From the UHGV virus genome UHGV-1519562: a stretch of DNA of 64,000 nt; one strand, 5' to 3'. Position 1 is the first letter of the stretch. Each line of letters starts with the position of its first letter. A program made the translations under genes and the position numbers. This document shows positions 8,901 to 22,400 of this stretch, piece after piece. The stretch comes from a virus. The notes under the pieces are model-generated. The model saw nothing but the letters and a program-made list of their open reading frames with translations. It was not told the DNA's origin and searched no databases.

Positions 8901-11639
8901 TTATCCACCAACGTTTTTAGTAGTTTGCATTGTAGCGCATTTATAATTTATAATTGCATAAGTAGGTTTTTCAAAGCGAATACCTTTTATTAAAGTATCA
9001 GAAGGATTCAAAACATATTTTTCAGTTGCACCAATTGTGATTTGATTAGTTGAACCATCATTATTATCAAGTAATAATACACTACCTTGGTCTGCTTCAA
9101 TTTCCACAGACAATATATCAGTAAAATTATAAAAAATAGTTCCATTATCCCAAGTATCAGTATCTTTATCATAATTAGAAAAACCATTTTCTATATCATA
9201 AATTTCTTCTATTTGAAATCTACTTTTTTCTTTAACAATATCAAAAATATTTTCAGATTTAAATAAATCAAAATTAATATTATTATAGTCCCCATTTATA
9301 TCAGAAATTTGATATTGCTTTATATCATTATATCTAAAGTTATAACTCAATAAAGTTTTATCAGTAGAAGTAAAAATTCCAGCTAATTGACCCCATACCA
9401 AAGAAGTTTCAATAGCTTGAACTGTTTTAGAAATATCTTCCACTTGTGTAACTTTACAAGTATAATTTATAATAATAGGGCCACTATATTTTAAATAGAT
9501 ATTAGATAAATTATCAAAAACATTTTGTAAAACAAAAACTTTATTCTTGCCTAAAGAAAAATCTTTACCATTAATAACTAATGTAATTAAAGGATAAGTT
9601 TGTTCAGTAGTTATAAAATTAATTAACTTATTATATTCAGCAATTTTTTCATCAACTTCTTTTGTTGATAATCCCTGATGTGCTAAATCTGCGCGTTCCG
9701 CATTTAATTCTCTTAATTCAGCTTCAAAAGTTAATACAGGATATTGTTCTACCCAAATTGAAGTTAAATTATTAAATTTATATCTATAACCACCGCCAAC
9801 ATTATATTCAACTTGTTCTTTTATTTTTTCTAAAAGATTTTCTTTAGTATTGTTATTTATAATACTTGTGGGTCTATCAGTATTTAAGTTATTATTTAAA
9901 CTTAAAGTTCCAATATACATTCCACTTAATTGACCAAATAAATCTACAGTTTCTTCAGCAGAAAATTCTTCAAAATTACCTATATTAATAATATTTAAAT
10001 TATTTAAGTTACTTAAATTAAAGTCTGCAACTTCATAAGCAGTAGCAGAAAATTTGTAAATCATTCTGCTCAATGTTTTTTCAGGACTTAAAGAAATATT
10101 CATTAAATTTATAATAATATTTCCTTCTGTCGCAGATTTATATAATTTACTACTTCCATCATTTAAAAATTCTTCTACTTTATCTCTAAAAATTTTTTCA
10201 ATAAAAATATTACTATGTGTTAAATTAGTATCTATTTTTCTTTCAATAGTAGTATCTTCAATATTATCAAAAGGAATAATCAACTTATTTTTATAATAAT
10301 ACCCATCTCTTTTAAGTTCAAAGAAAGTATTATCATCATCCATGTGAAAAGAAATTAATCCTGAAACAGGAAATTCTGCATAATAAGCATGACCATTGCG
10401 GAAAATGGTAGGATATTTAGAACCTAATGTATCACTCTTTGACTCTAAGACACTATGTTTAAAACTAGATAACTCAAAGTTATATTCTAATTTTAATTGA
10501 ACTCCATCTTTATATAAATAACTATGCTCAAAATTAATTCCTCTGGCAGGCTTATCAATTTCAAATAAAGGAGAAGTCCGCAATCTTGCACTATTTTCTT
10601 GTTGAAAAGCATATTTATATTTAATGCCATTTTCAATAGTATAATCAGTATAAATTAATTCATTGACAAAAGTATGATTAGAATATAAGAAATAACTTAA
10701 ATCTTCCCATATCGTATAATTACTTTTTTCAGAAGTTCTAATTAATACATAATTACCACTTAAAGGAGAATCAGAATTTATATATATCTTTAAACAAGCA
10801 TTTTCTATACATGAAATATCTGAATCATCAACATTAAGGGTTACTCCAACTAATTGACTTAAATATGTCTCTCTTGCCTGAAAATTATATCGTGCAGAAC
10901 TAATCTCATAGCCATTTATTGAAATAATTTGATAAATAACACTATAATCTTGTCCATTTTCTAAAACAGTAGAAAAACGATGTGAATCTGTATTATCTGC
11001 GGAAGCATTATGTTGCAACCAACCACTATCTTCAATTTTATCACCATGCGAATTATATAAAATAAATTTATATTTATCTACTGATTCTCTATTACTTGTA
11101 ACAAAATTGCAAGCTCCTATAATCAGTGGCGTTAAAGAAGTTTCAAGATTTTTTGCTGATTGAACGCTTTCTTTCACAGAAGTAGCATTTTTTATTTCAA
11201 TTACTGGTTCATTAATAGCCTTTATTGCCATAACTGTTGACCATTCAGAAAATGCACTTTTTTCTATTTGCTGTTTTTTCCAATTAGCAAAATCTGATAT
11301 GGAGTTATAAAGTGTATTTATTCCAAAACGCAATTGTACCTTATATAATTCTCCAGCACTCCACCCAGATTCTAAATCTTGTAAATTTATAGAAATAGTA
11401 TATTGTGAGCCTTTTTGACCAATTTCATCTTTCGATTTATAAATAATTCCATCTGGATAAATAGAAGTATTTACTATTGTTCTGTTATTAGTTTGTTTTA
11501 CTAATCTAATTTGAATATGTTTTATACTACTTAAAGACATCAAATCAGGTAATGTAAAATAAATAATATAGTCAGAAACATCATAAGTAAAAGCAGGCTG
11601 CGAACTATTTATCAATGGAGGAAAAATACCAGTTGCCAA
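8901..11639 (-). CDS. large tail / baseplate protein
   Basis: 912 aa, tail module. Confidence 0.45.
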   Translation of the reverse strand: MATGIFPPLINSSQPAFTYDVSDYIIYFTLPDLMSLSSIKHIQIRLVKQTNNRTIVNTSIYPDGIIYKSKDEIGQKGSQYTISINLQDLESGWSAGELYKVQLRFGINTLYNSISDFANWKKQQIEKSAFSEWSTVMAIKAINEPVIEIKNATSVKESVQSAKNLETSLTPLIIGACNFVTSNRESVDKYKFILYNSHGDKIEDSGWLQHNASADNTDSHRFSTVLENGQDYSVIYQIISINGYEISSARYNFQARETYLSQLVGVTLNVDDSDISCIENACLKIYINSDSPLSGNYVLIRTSEKSNYTIWEDLSYFLYSNHTFVNELIYTDYTIENGIKYKYAFQQENSARLRTSPLFEIDKPARGINFEHSYLYKDGVQLKLEYNFELSSFKHSVLESKSDTLGSKYPTIFRNGHAYYAEFPVSGLISFHMDDDNTFFELKRDGYYYKNKLIIPFDNIEDTTIERKIDTNLTHSNIFIEKIFRDKVEEFLNDGSSKLYKSATEGNIIINLMNISLSPEKTLSRMIYKFSATAYEVADFNLSNLNNLNIINIGNFEEFSAEETVDLFGQLSGMYIGTLSLNNNLNTDRPTSIINNNTKENLLEKIKEQVEYNVGGGYRYKFNNLTSIWVEQYPVLTFEAELRELNAERADLAHQGLSTKEVDEKIAEYNKLINFITTEQTYPLITLVINGKDFSLGKNKVFVLQNVFDNLSNIYLKYSGPIIINYTCKVTQVEDISKTVQAIETSLVWGQLAGIFTSTDKTLLSYNFRYNDIKQYQISDINGDYNNINFDLFKSENIFDIVKEKSRFQIEEIYDIENGFSNYDKDTDTWDNGTIFYNFTDILSVEIEADQGSVLLLDNNDGSTNQITIGATEKYVLNPSDTLIKGIRFEKPTYAIINYKCATMQTTKNVGG

Positions 11640-11734
11640 AAAATCACACTCCTTTATCTCATTTATCTATTTATTTTAATTTTTTAATTTAAAATATGAA
11701 CTATCCTTGTCCAATAAAAAGAAAAAGAGGACGA

Positions 11735-12094
11735 TTAATCGTCCTCTTTAATAATTGGCATTAACTTCCTTACAACATCAATAGGTAAATTGATATATGA
11801 TATATCCTTTAATCTAACCATATATAAATCAAGCTCTTCTTTTATCATACCTAATTCTCTAAGCTTTTGATTTACTTCATTCATTTTATTAGTTGGTATA
11901 ATATCATTTTCATCTACATAAACTTTAAATAAATTTCTTCTAGCTTCTTCAATAGCCATATACAAAGGTTCTAACTTTTGCATATTTCTAACTAATTGAT
12001 AAGCTAAAGTAACTGGTAAAGAAATTTCATTTTTTTCTTTTAATTCATATAATGCTTCATATAAACCATAAATTTCATCATTTAATAATGTCAT
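11735..12094 (-). CDS. hypothetical small protein within tail module
   Basis: 119 aa, helical; palindromic hairpin at its 3' end (11721-11746). Confidence 0.4.
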   Translation of the reverse strand: MTLLNDEIYGLYEALYELKEKNEISLPVTLAYQLVRNMQKLEPLYMAIEEARRNLFKVYVDENDIIPTNKMNEVNQKLRELGMIKEELDLYMVRLKDISYINLPIDVVRKLMPIIKEDD

Positions 12095-12112
12095 TTTATT
12101 ATCTCCTTTTTC

Positions 12113-15100
12113 TCACGAAAATTTAGCAAAAACTTTAATACTATCATCTATTATACTACCTGCTAAAAGTTTTGTGTAAGCTCCACTACTATTATAATAA
12201 TAACCACTTGATGTAGAAAGACTACCCTTAAAACTACCGCTCATAGTTCCACTCACTGTTATTGTACCAGTCTCTTTACCCACTGGTTGAATTTTATTAG
12301 TCTGTATAGTTGGAGTTGAAATATAACCATTTCCAGACAAACTTAATTTTTGATTAGCAGAAATTGTTACATCTTTTGTAATTGTTGTAGGCTTTTTAAT
12401 AGACATTCCATCATCTTTTAAAACTAACCAAGAACTTCTAATATACAATTGGTCAGCATCTGTCTCTGCACCCAGTCTAATAATTCTATTTTCAACAATA
12501 AATTTTTTATCTAAATTATTAATATTAGAACTATTTCCACAATAAAAACCTTTTCTCGCCATTATATTACCATGCATCCAAATACTACCTTTTCCTGCGG
12601 CTATTGCTATATTTCCTTTAGCCTCAAGACGAGCACCAGTAAGACTATATATACCTATGTTATATGTAGTATCTTTACTGGTAGTACTTCCGTAGACAAG
12701 ACCCATATATCCAATATAATCCCCTATTTGTCCTTCAGCTTGTGGATCACTAAAAATTTGTACTGTATTAGTTTTAATCTGGCCGCCTTTTTGTAATTCA
12801 GTAAATTTAATACCTGTTATTTCAGATACACTCATATTACCTTCATCATCATAAGTAATACTTTGAAATTTTCCTTCAGCACTTCCGTATAAATTAGTAG
12901 AATTAATCTGCCAACCACCAATATCTCCACCACTTGCATACAATTTTTGAGTATAAATTTGTCCACTACTATTTAAAGTAGTACCTGTCCAAGTTGGTAC
13001 TCCTCCTGCCTCAGAAGGCTGATCTACTGAAGCACCAGGACTTTTTAAACTTTGCCCAGTAATTTTCCAACCAGCAATTTCTCCATCAGTGTTAGCAACT
13101 AAATTTCTACAAGTAATTGAACCTCCTCTTAATCCAGTTGAATCAATAGTAAAATCAGCTATCTTGCCACTTTTAGTTGCCGTTAAAGTGGTTGCTTCAA
13201 CATTACCTTTTATTTTAACATTATTGGCATACATATAACCATTATAAGTTACATAAAAAGCAGATTCACCTTTTGAATCATTAATATTAATAGCTTTTGT
13301 ACTACCAGTCATCCGCATATCAGATAAAGTTAATTTCATACTATTTGCGCCATTTTCTGTTAGACCGCCATAAATATCTGCTTTTGTTCCATCAATATTA
13401 ATTCTTCCACTAGTAGAAGCACCAAAAAATGCAGAACCATCTTGCATTAAACCAAAAGTAGTAATACCATTTTGATAACCGTATAAACCAATTTTTTTCT
13501 GTCCGCTATCTTTACCCATAACAACGCCGGTAAATTGATTTTGTTCATTTTTGGTACCCGCGCCAACTTGCGGAGCAAAAACATATTGGCCTTTGTTATC
13601 TATATCTAACTGTGTTCCATCCCAGCCATTAATAGCTTCATTACCGTATGTATCAAGATACATAACAATAGAATGTAATAAATATCTAGTATTATATTGC
13701 GGGTCGGGGCATTTTAAAATACCAATACTACTATTATTTTTAGCAGAATCTCTTTCAAAAATAAAATTAGAAGAAGGTACTAAATATCTATCTATAATTT
13801 CAGATTCCTTTTGCTGTTTATCTTCAATTACTAAAATATCTTTATTCAATGATTCTACTAATTTAGTTTGGTCTATTTCATCAAAAGTGTATTTCAGAGC
13901 GTTACTATAAAAAGAAGGATTTAAACCAGAAGAATTATATTTAATATAAGAAGGAATTTCATTTATGTCAACTCTATTATATTCAAAACCATTAACTGCA
14001 ACATCAATAGGATAAATAGAATAAAGATAAACAGTAGAATCTCCTGCTTTTTCTCTAACAGTTATTTTAATTTTTATATAAAATTCATATTTATCAGAAG
14101 TAGAATAAAAATCTATAACTGGATCACTACTGCCGGAAATACTAATATATTCATCATCAGTCTCTGCTTCAGGCAATTTTATATTTGTTCCAGACCATTC
14201 ATATTTAATAGTATATTTATTACCATTTAAATTATTAATTAATTCTCCATCTTTATAAACATAAACCCTTAATTTTAAAGTATTCCATCCTCTTTTTCTA
14301 ACTTCTAAAATTTGTTTTATCTTTTCTTCATTAGAAAGAGTATTATCATTTCTAATTCTTTCTTGTTCATCTAAAAGTTCTTTAGTTAAAGGATTAAAAA
14401 CTAAAGGTTGTAAACCACTTAATTTAATACCATTATCATCACAAGGACGAATAGCTGCGATATAAGTAGTACCATTAGTACCTTGATCACCATCTTTAAC
14501 AAAAAGAATTTCTTTATTAAAAATATATTCCTTTTGGTCTAAAGTGGTAACTTTAATTTGAATGGTATTATTGTTAAAATTTATTTTATACTTCTGTTTA
14601 ATAGTATAATGTAAAATATTATATTTGTCAACCCAGAGATTTTCTATCATCGAATCAATAGGATTAACTCTTTCACCTGTTGTTAATAAACTTCCATCTG
14701 GACTATACCATGTCATATCATAAGAAGTGCCGACTCCATCTTTCCAGGCAAATTGGCACTCAATGGTACGCTCTTTTTCAGAATCTTCAATAGTTATATC
14801 ACCATTAGAATCATATCTAAAAGAATCTTCTCCAATATACTTTATACTTAAATCTTCTTGTGATTCAGTATTAGTAATTGTATATTCTTCAGTAGCAATA
14901 ATATTTTTTCTATCTTTATCATAAATACTACAATAAAAAGTTACCGCAGAATATAAAAGATATTGCTTAACTTCTATCTCAGATTTTTGCTTACCATTGG
15001 GTACTTCTTGATAACTTCCATCAGGTAAAGATAAATACCAATCACCAACTAATTTATCTTCATCTCTATTATTTTTAATATGTAAATCAATAGTATCTCC

Positions 15101-16432
15101 AACAGTTAATTGCTCTAACCAACAATTATAATCAGTATTATAATTGCTAATAATTATCTCTTCCGACATTACAACATTATCAGAATAAATCACCATTAAT
15201 TTTAATACTTTTTTATATATTACATCTTCATCTTTTAAAACAAGAGTATCAAAATTTGCGGAAATTGGTCGCCATCCAAAACCGGCATTTTTATCATAGG
15301 CTTCATCACCTATCATCACAGAATAATCTCTTTCATACCAATAACAGGTACTATTCTTTTTTGTTAAAACTGAATTGCCATTGTAAATTAATTGTCCTTG
15401 TAAAGTAATTTCATCTATTTGGTCTGTAAACATTTGACCATTAGGTGTTTTAATTCTTAAATAATATAGATTATCTATTAAATTTTTTACTTCTACATAC
15501 TGCACTTGAATATTTTTAACAAAAATATTCGGTGATTTATCATTTATTTTTTCTATTCTATTCTCTTGATTTACAATTATTTTTTCATTATTATCATTTA
15601 AATAATAATATTCATTAGTTTCATTATCATGTATTAATTCTTTGCCTGTTGCTTTATCTAAATAAATATATTCACCATTAGATAAATATTTATCGTATTG
15701 AAATCCTTCTTCAAATAACTTAATACTTTTTAAACCAGTTAAAAATTTTGTTTGTATTTTTACTGTAACTGATTGTGTGCTATAAGTATTAAAAGAATAA
15801 GGGCTACCATTAAAATTTGAAACATCAAGTCTATAAAAAACATCTTCTCCATTAGATGAAAATGCCAATTCTAAGCCATAATTTCCCTCAGAATGAATAT
15901 CACTAAAGAGTGTTAAAAAATCGGCCTGAATTTTAATATATTCATATTTATTAGCATATTGTAAAAAAGGAATATCGGAAAAATTACTTGCAGTTTCTCT
16001 GTTGAAAATCTCTGTAATAGACAATTTATCATCTTTGGGTGCTCCTGCAACTACCCCATATTCTTTTATTTTATCATAATTATAAAAAACATCAAAAGTA
16101 GGCCCAACAGGAGAAACAGAATTTTCTAGCTCATTTAAATTATTTTCAGTTAAAGACTTATCAGTAACTTTATTTTCAATTAATTTTTTATTAGAAAAAT
16201 CTCCTTCTGGAATTTTTATGTAAATATTATCTCCAATTCTATAAGTAGTTTTTAAATCATTACTAAAAGCAGAAAATATATTACCATTATATTTAACTTT
16301 ATATTCACCAGTATTTAAATTAACTAAAGATTCAACAGTGCCTTGAACTGTTATATCATATTTTAATTCGGATAATCTTTTTTGCGCTAAAATATCAGCC
16401 GCTTGAAGAATTTGCTCTGATATATTATTCAT
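12113..16432 (-). CDS. large tail tip protein (Dit/Tal-like by position)
   Basis: 1,439 aa, directly downstream of the tape measure gene; Gly/Ser/Thr-rich C-terminal region. Confidence 0.5.
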   Translation of the reverse strand: MNNISEQILQAADILAQKRLSELKYDITVQGTVESLVNLNTGEYKVKYNGNIFSAFSNDLKTTYRIGDNIYIKIPEGDFSNKKLIENKVTDKSLTENNLNELENSVSPVGPTFDVFYNYDKIKEYGVVAGAPKDDKLSITEIFNRETASNFSDIPFLQYANKYEYIKIQADFLTLFSDIHSEGNYGLELAFSSNGEDVFYRLDVSNFNGSPYSFNTYSTQSVTVKIQTKFLTGLKSIKLFEEGFQYDKYLSNGEYIYLDKATGKELIHDNETNEYYYLNDNNEKIIVNQENRIEKINDKSPNIFVKNIQVQYVEVKNLIDNLYYLRIKTPNGQMFTDQIDEITLQGQLIYNGNSVLTKKNSTCYWYERDYSVMIGDEAYDKNAGFGWRPISANFDTLVLKDEDVIYKKVLKLMVIYSDNVVMSEEIIISNYNTDYNCWLEQLTVGDTIDLHIKNNRDEDKLVGDWYLSLPDGSYQEVPNGKQKSEIEVKQYLLYSAVTFYCSIYDKDRKNIIATEEYTITNTESQEDLSIKYIGEDSFRYDSNGDITIEDSEKERTIECQFAWKDGVGTSYDMTWYSPDGSLLTTGERVNPIDSMIENLWVDKYNILHYTIKQKYKINFNNNTIQIKVTTLDQKEYIFNKEILFVKDGDQGTNGTTYIAAIRPCDDNGIKLSGLQPLVFNPLTKELLDEQERIRNDNTLSNEEKIKQILEVRKRGWNTLKLRVYVYKDGELINNLNGNKYTIKYEWSGTNIKLPEAETDDEYISISGSSDPVIDFYSTSDKYEFYIKIKITVREKAGDSTVYLYSIYPIDVAVNGFEYNRVDINEIPSYIKYNSSGLNPSFYSNALKYTFDEIDQTKLVESLNKDILVIEDKQQKESEIIDRYLVPSSNFIFERDSAKNNSSIGILKCPDPQYNTRYLLHSIVMYLDTYGNEAINGWDGTQLDIDNKGQYVFAPQVGAGTKNEQNQFTGVVMGKDSGQKKIGLYGYQNGITTFGLMQDGSAFFGASTSGRINIDGTKADIYGGLTENGANSMKLTLSDMRMTGSTKAININDSKGESAFYVTYNGYMYANNVKIKGNVEATTLTATKSGKIADFTIDSTGLRGGSITCRNLVANTDGEIAGWKITGQSLKSPGASVDQPSEAGGVPTWTGTTLNSSGQIYTQKLYASGGDIGGWQINSTNLYGSAEGKFQSITYDDEGNMSVSEITGIKFTELQKGGQIKTNTVQIFSDPQAEGQIGDYIGYMGLVYGSTTSKDTTYNIGIYSLTGARLEAKGNIAIAAGKGSIWMHGNIMARKGFYCGNSSNINNLDKKFIVENRIIRLGAETDADQLYIRSSWLVLKDDGMSIKKPTTITKDVTISANQKLSLSGNGYISTPTIQTNKIQPVGKETGTITVSGTMSGSFKGSLSTSSGYYYNSSGAYTKLLAGSIIDDSIKVFAKFS

Positions 16433-16454
16433 TATAAACTCCTTTCTCTCAAAA

Positions 16455-16482
16455 AAATAAAGAGGAGAAAAATTCTCCCCTT
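16455..16482 (-). terminator. hairpin plus U-tract after the tape measure gene
   Basis: Minus strand: ggggagaa tttt tctcctc then tttatttttttgag and RBS; same module as at 32277. Confidence 0.4.
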
Positions 16483-16486
16483 TAAA

Positions 16487-19400
16487 TTATTTTCTAATAC
16501 TAGCATATTGAGCCGCATCATTAACAATATTATTAAGAGCTGCTTCGATTTCTGCTGCACTGGATACACCAGGGAAATCAGCTTGAATATGCACTATCTG
16601 TTCAACTATTTGTCCATCACTAGAAATAGTAGTAGAACTAGCCATACGAGCATTTAATAAATTTTGCCCTGCCATTATATTATTATCCAAAATTCTTTCT
16701 ATTTGTTTAAACAAATTAGGCCCTAATGTTCTAACTGCGGAAACAGCGGAAAGAATATTTTCAGTATCCTCTTGGTTCAAAACTAATTCTTTCTCATGTA
16801 AAAATGCTAATTTGCCATCTTCATTATCAAAAGAACCAGTATATCCTCCTGTTGCGTAACCTATTGTATGACTTTTAACAAAGTCCTCATATTTTCCGGT
16901 TCCGCCATTATCTTTTAGCCATTTCTGAAACTCTGGATCATTTTGCTTATTATAATAATCTTCATTAGAATAAATATACTGTTTACCTTGTTCAAAATTT
17001 TCTCCAAGAATTTTCAAATATCTTTGATATTCTAAACTCTTAAATATTTCATCTCCAACTTGTCCACCTTGGCTTAAATAATCATTCATAACAGAAGAAT
17101 AGTCAATATTAGAATTATACCCTTTCATATCACCAACAGAAGCAGCAACTGTTCTAGTAGTTACAAAATTAGACATTTCATACAAAGTATCTAATGCTTG
17201 ACGTACACATGCTGCATAATTAGACCATTGCTCTGAAGCTTGGCGGACTTCTTCAATTTTCTTCCAAACAGCATCCGCGGCTTGAGTACCCGCAGTAGTT
17301 AAATCTTGAGTAGATTTAGTAGTATCATCAATAATTTGTCTTAAAGTGTCTACATTTGAGCCAGTAGTCTCAGTAACTTCTTCCATAGTGCCATTATAAT
17401 TATCAGCAGCATTTTCCATTTCATCAAGAGCAGTTTCAAAATATGCAGTAAAGTTAGAAGTACCCATTTCCATAATCTTCATTACATCATTATAAGTATT
17501 TCCATATTCTGTAATTATTTCTCCGCCTGCGTCAGTCATATCTTCTAAAGATACTTGATACTCTTGCTGAATATAAAGGATTTTATCATTCGCATTTCTA
17601 CGAATTTCTGCAATCTTTTCTCCACGTTCTTCTTCAGTTAAACTTTCATCTTCATAAACATCTTTAATTTGGTCTAAAGTATCTTGTTTTAATTGCAGAA
17701 TTTCATCCATCATATTTTTAACTTGGTCTTTTGCTATATTATAATAATTATTTGCTGCATCTTCATACTTTTGAGTAGCTTCATCAATTTTAGACTGATC
17801 AGCTGTAAATTGATAATCCCAGTTGCCGGATTCATTGCGGACTAACCGCACTGAATTTTTAGCATTTTGAGCTTCATCCAAGGCATTTTGAGCAAGAGTC
17901 ATTTGATATTTTGCTTCTAAAATATCCAAATCATATTTAGATAATTTATTACCTTCACGTCTTACTTCAATTTCTTTTTGTAATGTTTTTAATCTATTCT
18001 TAGAAGCTTCATTAGTTTCTTCATCTATTGCTTTTTGAAGTTGTCTATTCCATTTACTTACTTCATATGTTTCATTAACTTTATCTAAATATCTTTCTTC
18101 TTTACTAATTAAATTATCATATTTTTGCTGCAATAATTCTAAACCCATTCCGCCACTAATAGCTTGCTCAAAATCATAAGCAGCTTTCTCAATAGCATTA
18201 GTATAATACTCTCTTGCAGTTTCCATGGCTTCTTTAGCTGCATCTAACATAGCTTCTTGAGATTCATTAAATTGTTTTAATAAAGCATCACGATTATTTT
18301 TAAGAGTATCATAAGCTGCATCTTCTTCAGTAACTCCAGCCAAAGCTTTTTCTGCTTCTGCTAATTGTTCCGCAGCTTTTTCCATCCATTGCTTTTGCAA
18401 TTTGGCAGTAGATGTAGCTGTTTCCAATCTTCCTTGAACAGTTTTCTGTAAAAGTTCAAAATTCTTACCAGTTTTATAAGTTATTCCTTGTAAATCTAAT
18501 AATTCTTTTACTGAATCTAATACAGTACCATTATGGTCTAATTGATCAGTAAATTGTGCAAATCTGTCAGCTGCCGCATCAATAACATCAGTTAAATACT
18601 CTCTAAGATTTTCTAACCAATCTTTTAAATCAGAAACAGTATCGGCAATATTGCCATGTAAATCTTCTAAAGAATCTATAACACTTTCAAAATCAGCACT
18701 ATCTTCAGATTCAGACATAAGATTAAATATCTGATTCATATGCTCTTCTAAGTCTTTAGCTTTAGCTAAATTGTCTTGCATACCAAAGAAATCAATTTGT
18801 CCAGGTTTTTTACCCCAATTAACAGCATCGCCAAAAGCTTCAACAACATTTTTACCTATTTCTCTATTAGTATCTTTAAAATCTTTAATCTTTAATTTAA
18901 CTTCTATAACAGCATTAATACTACTTAATTTTTCATCAAATTTCTTTCTAGCATCTTCAGCAATATTTTCTAAAAGTTCAACTCTTTGCTTTTGATCATT
19001 TTCATATTGTTCTAAGATTTCTTTTCTTAAATCAAGTGTTTTCTTTGCGGCATCAAGAGTATCTTTAAAAGATTCCTGCGCGGTTTTAGAACCTAAAGCA
19101 TTATATTTTCTTACTACTTTATTATATTCTTCTATTGCCCATTTTTCTAAATCTTCATAATTTAATAGAGCTTTACTATCAGAATCTATATTTAATTTAA
19201 CACCAGAAAAATTCTTTTGTAAATCAGTTAAATCTTCACTTAAATATTTTTCAGCTTCTTTTAATTTTTCTTTATATAATTCTTGTTCTTTGTTAATTGC
19301 TTCAATTTTTTCTTTATACTTTTCTAATTTTTTAACACCAAAAGCTCTATCTTTAGCAGTATCAATTTTATCTAATAATTGGCTTTGCTCTTCTAATCTA

Positions 19401-22400
19401 TTGTTAATATCGTGGTATCTATCATCAAAAATTTCTTCATCTTCAATTTCAGGAGAATCATCTGAGCCGGAGCCGCCACCTCCGCCTTTTCCTTTTCCTC
19501 CCTTTCCTTTACCACCTTTGCCTTTTCCTCCTCCTCCACCAGAAGGACGATTGTTATCAGTAGAAATACCATGAGGGTTAAGAGTTCTACCGCCAGTTCC
19601 TCCTCCTGAAGGGGCAAAAGCTTTTAAACCTTGAGACAATACAGATTGTTTACCATATTCTTCTAATGCAGAACCGAAAGCAGAAAGGTTTTCTAAAAAC
19701 CCTGGTGTCTCACCTTTACTAGCAGCACCAGTATCTTTTGAACGAATATGATTTGATTTACCGGGGCCATTAACTTTTTTCGCGCTTGCCGAACCAGTGG
19801 TGCTAAACATGGGCGAACCACCAGAACCAGAACCCGTTAAATCAATATGAGCAGAAGGCATGTCCCATTCAAAAGGAATTTTTCCTCCTGTTGTAAGTAA
19901 AGCGCCAATTTTATCGGCTAATCCCCCACCTAAACCAATACCACCAGGATTATCAACAACACCAGTCGCTTGAATAGTATAACTAAAACTACTAATAGCA
20001 CTTGCCAAAGATTGTAATAACTGTCCACCAATTTGACATAAAGTACCAATACTAACCTGACTCTGAGCTGCTAGACCATTAATTGCAGAAGAAGCTACTG
20101 CTGTATTTCCTTGCATAGCACTAGCTAATTGACTTTGAGAAGTAATTAAACTAGAATCAAAACCAGCATTTTCAGCTTCCATGTGGGTCATAATCGCACT
20201 AAAAGCTTCAGCATTTGTATCTTTTAAAGACCAAATATCGGCAGCCATAGTATCGCACATATTTTTAAATTTAGTTGTTGTTGTATCAAAATTATCAGGT
20301 AATTCAAGCCAATTCTTATCATTTAAATAATTTTTAAAATAATCATAATAAGAAGTAATATCATCTATTGCTTTTTTAAATCCTTCAGCTTGATCAACTT
20401 GCTTTTCCCAAGTATTTAAATTTTGAACTTTTTTCTGGGCATCTTTATAATCTTGTGTAGCTTTAGTTGCATCATCAATATTATCAGTAACAACTTTATA
20501 ACCATCTGCTGTTTTAGTGATATATTTATTAGATTTAGCAGTGATATTCATTAAAGCTTTAGTACCTTTAACTGCACCAGCATAATATTCCTGCATATTA
20601 GTGCCGCCAGCTTCAACTTCACTAATTAAATCTTTAAAACCATCAGCCAAAGCAGTAGTAGAGGAAATCATAGTTTTTGCATAATCAGATTCTTTAAGAC
20701 CATCTATACCATCACTTAGTTTTGCAAAATTATCTCCAGTTTTACTAACTCTTTGATTTATTGCATCAAAATATTCACTCGCACTAATTTTTCCCTCTTG
20801 GAACGCTTGAGCCTGTCTTCTAAGTGCTTCAGTATTTTTATCAAAATCTTCTCCACTATCTGCACGTTCTTGATCAGACCAATTTTTACTACTTTCAATT
20901 AAACTACTATAAAGATCAACATACTGCTGAGCATAATCTCTATCAACTTTACCTTTGTTTTGCATAGATTCAATAGCTTGGTCTAATGCCAATTTCTCAG
21001 CTTTTTCCATTTCAGTAAAGTCGGTTAAAGATTGAGTAGTTAAAACATACTCATCTCCAACCTTTTTAATATATTGAGCATATTCACTATTAGCTTTAAT
21101 TAGCTCATAGGTTTGATCCATAGTAAGATAGCCCTGTTCTTTATAAGACATCAAAGCTTTTTCTAATGGTTCTTCATTAGTATTTAAATTGTCTATTTTA
21201 GCTTTTGCTGCGTCTAATTCAGAAGTATCTACCTTAACTTTAAGGTCTGTATTTTTAGCATTTTCAACAGCTTCCATTAATTCTCTAAAAGAACCAATGT
21301 TTTCTAAATCCAAGGTAAGAATAATATCCCAATCTTCAGCAGTTAATTTATTTAATTGCTCTTCAGTTCCACCTATTTCAGATTTAATGGTTTCTCTAGC
21401 TTGAGACATTCTTTCTGCAATTTGATTAAATAAATCATCAACAGAAATTCCCGCAGCTTCAATAGCAGAACGCATTTCATCTGTTAGAGCTAATCCAGCG
21501 CCTTTAATATCTCCAGAAGATAAAGCCCTAAAAATCTTATCTCTTACTTCATCAAAAGATTCATCATCTAATACCGGACGGATAACCATTTCATAATACT
21601 GATTATCAGTAGGATATATTAATTTTCTTAATTCTGCTAATTTGTCCTGCATATCTGCAATCATTGATGGATCGGCCACAATTGCACCAGAATCAACAGC
21701 GCCTAAATAATTAGCATAGTCTTGTTCTAATTCAGCTAAATCTTCTCCTACTTCAGAAGTCATTTGTGCGGTAGCTTCTGCTATTTGTTGCGTCCAATTC
21801 TGATATTGGTCTAATGCTTTTGCTTGTTGGTCAGAATTTAAACTATTATACCATTTATCTAAATCTTCTTGTGTTTTGAAATTAGAGGTATCAGCACCAG
21901 TTTTACCTTTTGGTTCTACTTTATAGGTCTTGTCATATTTTTTGTCAAAATTATCCGCAATAGCATAAGCCATTTCTGCTTGTTTAGCTTTAACTATACG
22001 CTCTCTTAAAGTAGCTTGTCTCTCTAAAGAAGCTTCTTGCTGTTTTAAATTAGCTAACTCATCTTGCTCAACAAGAGATAAAGAATCTTTAGATTCTAAT
22101 TCTTCTATCTTCTGTCTGGTTTGCTCTAAAGAACTATTTAACTCATCTAATTTGCTCTTTTGGTCAGAATAATTTTGAGTAGCATCTGTAATAGCTTGAC
22201 TAGCCTCTTTTTGAGTTACGACTAAAGCATCAACTATTTTTACAGCAGCTACAATTCCAGCCGCAAAAAGTGCCAAAACACCAATGGTTATGCCCATAGC
22301 TGCTGCTAAACTACCTTCAGAAACAGTAAGCAATTTTGTAATTGCAACATTAGCTATTTTTGCGGCTATATTTCCTTCTTCAGCCGCAGTATTTAATTTT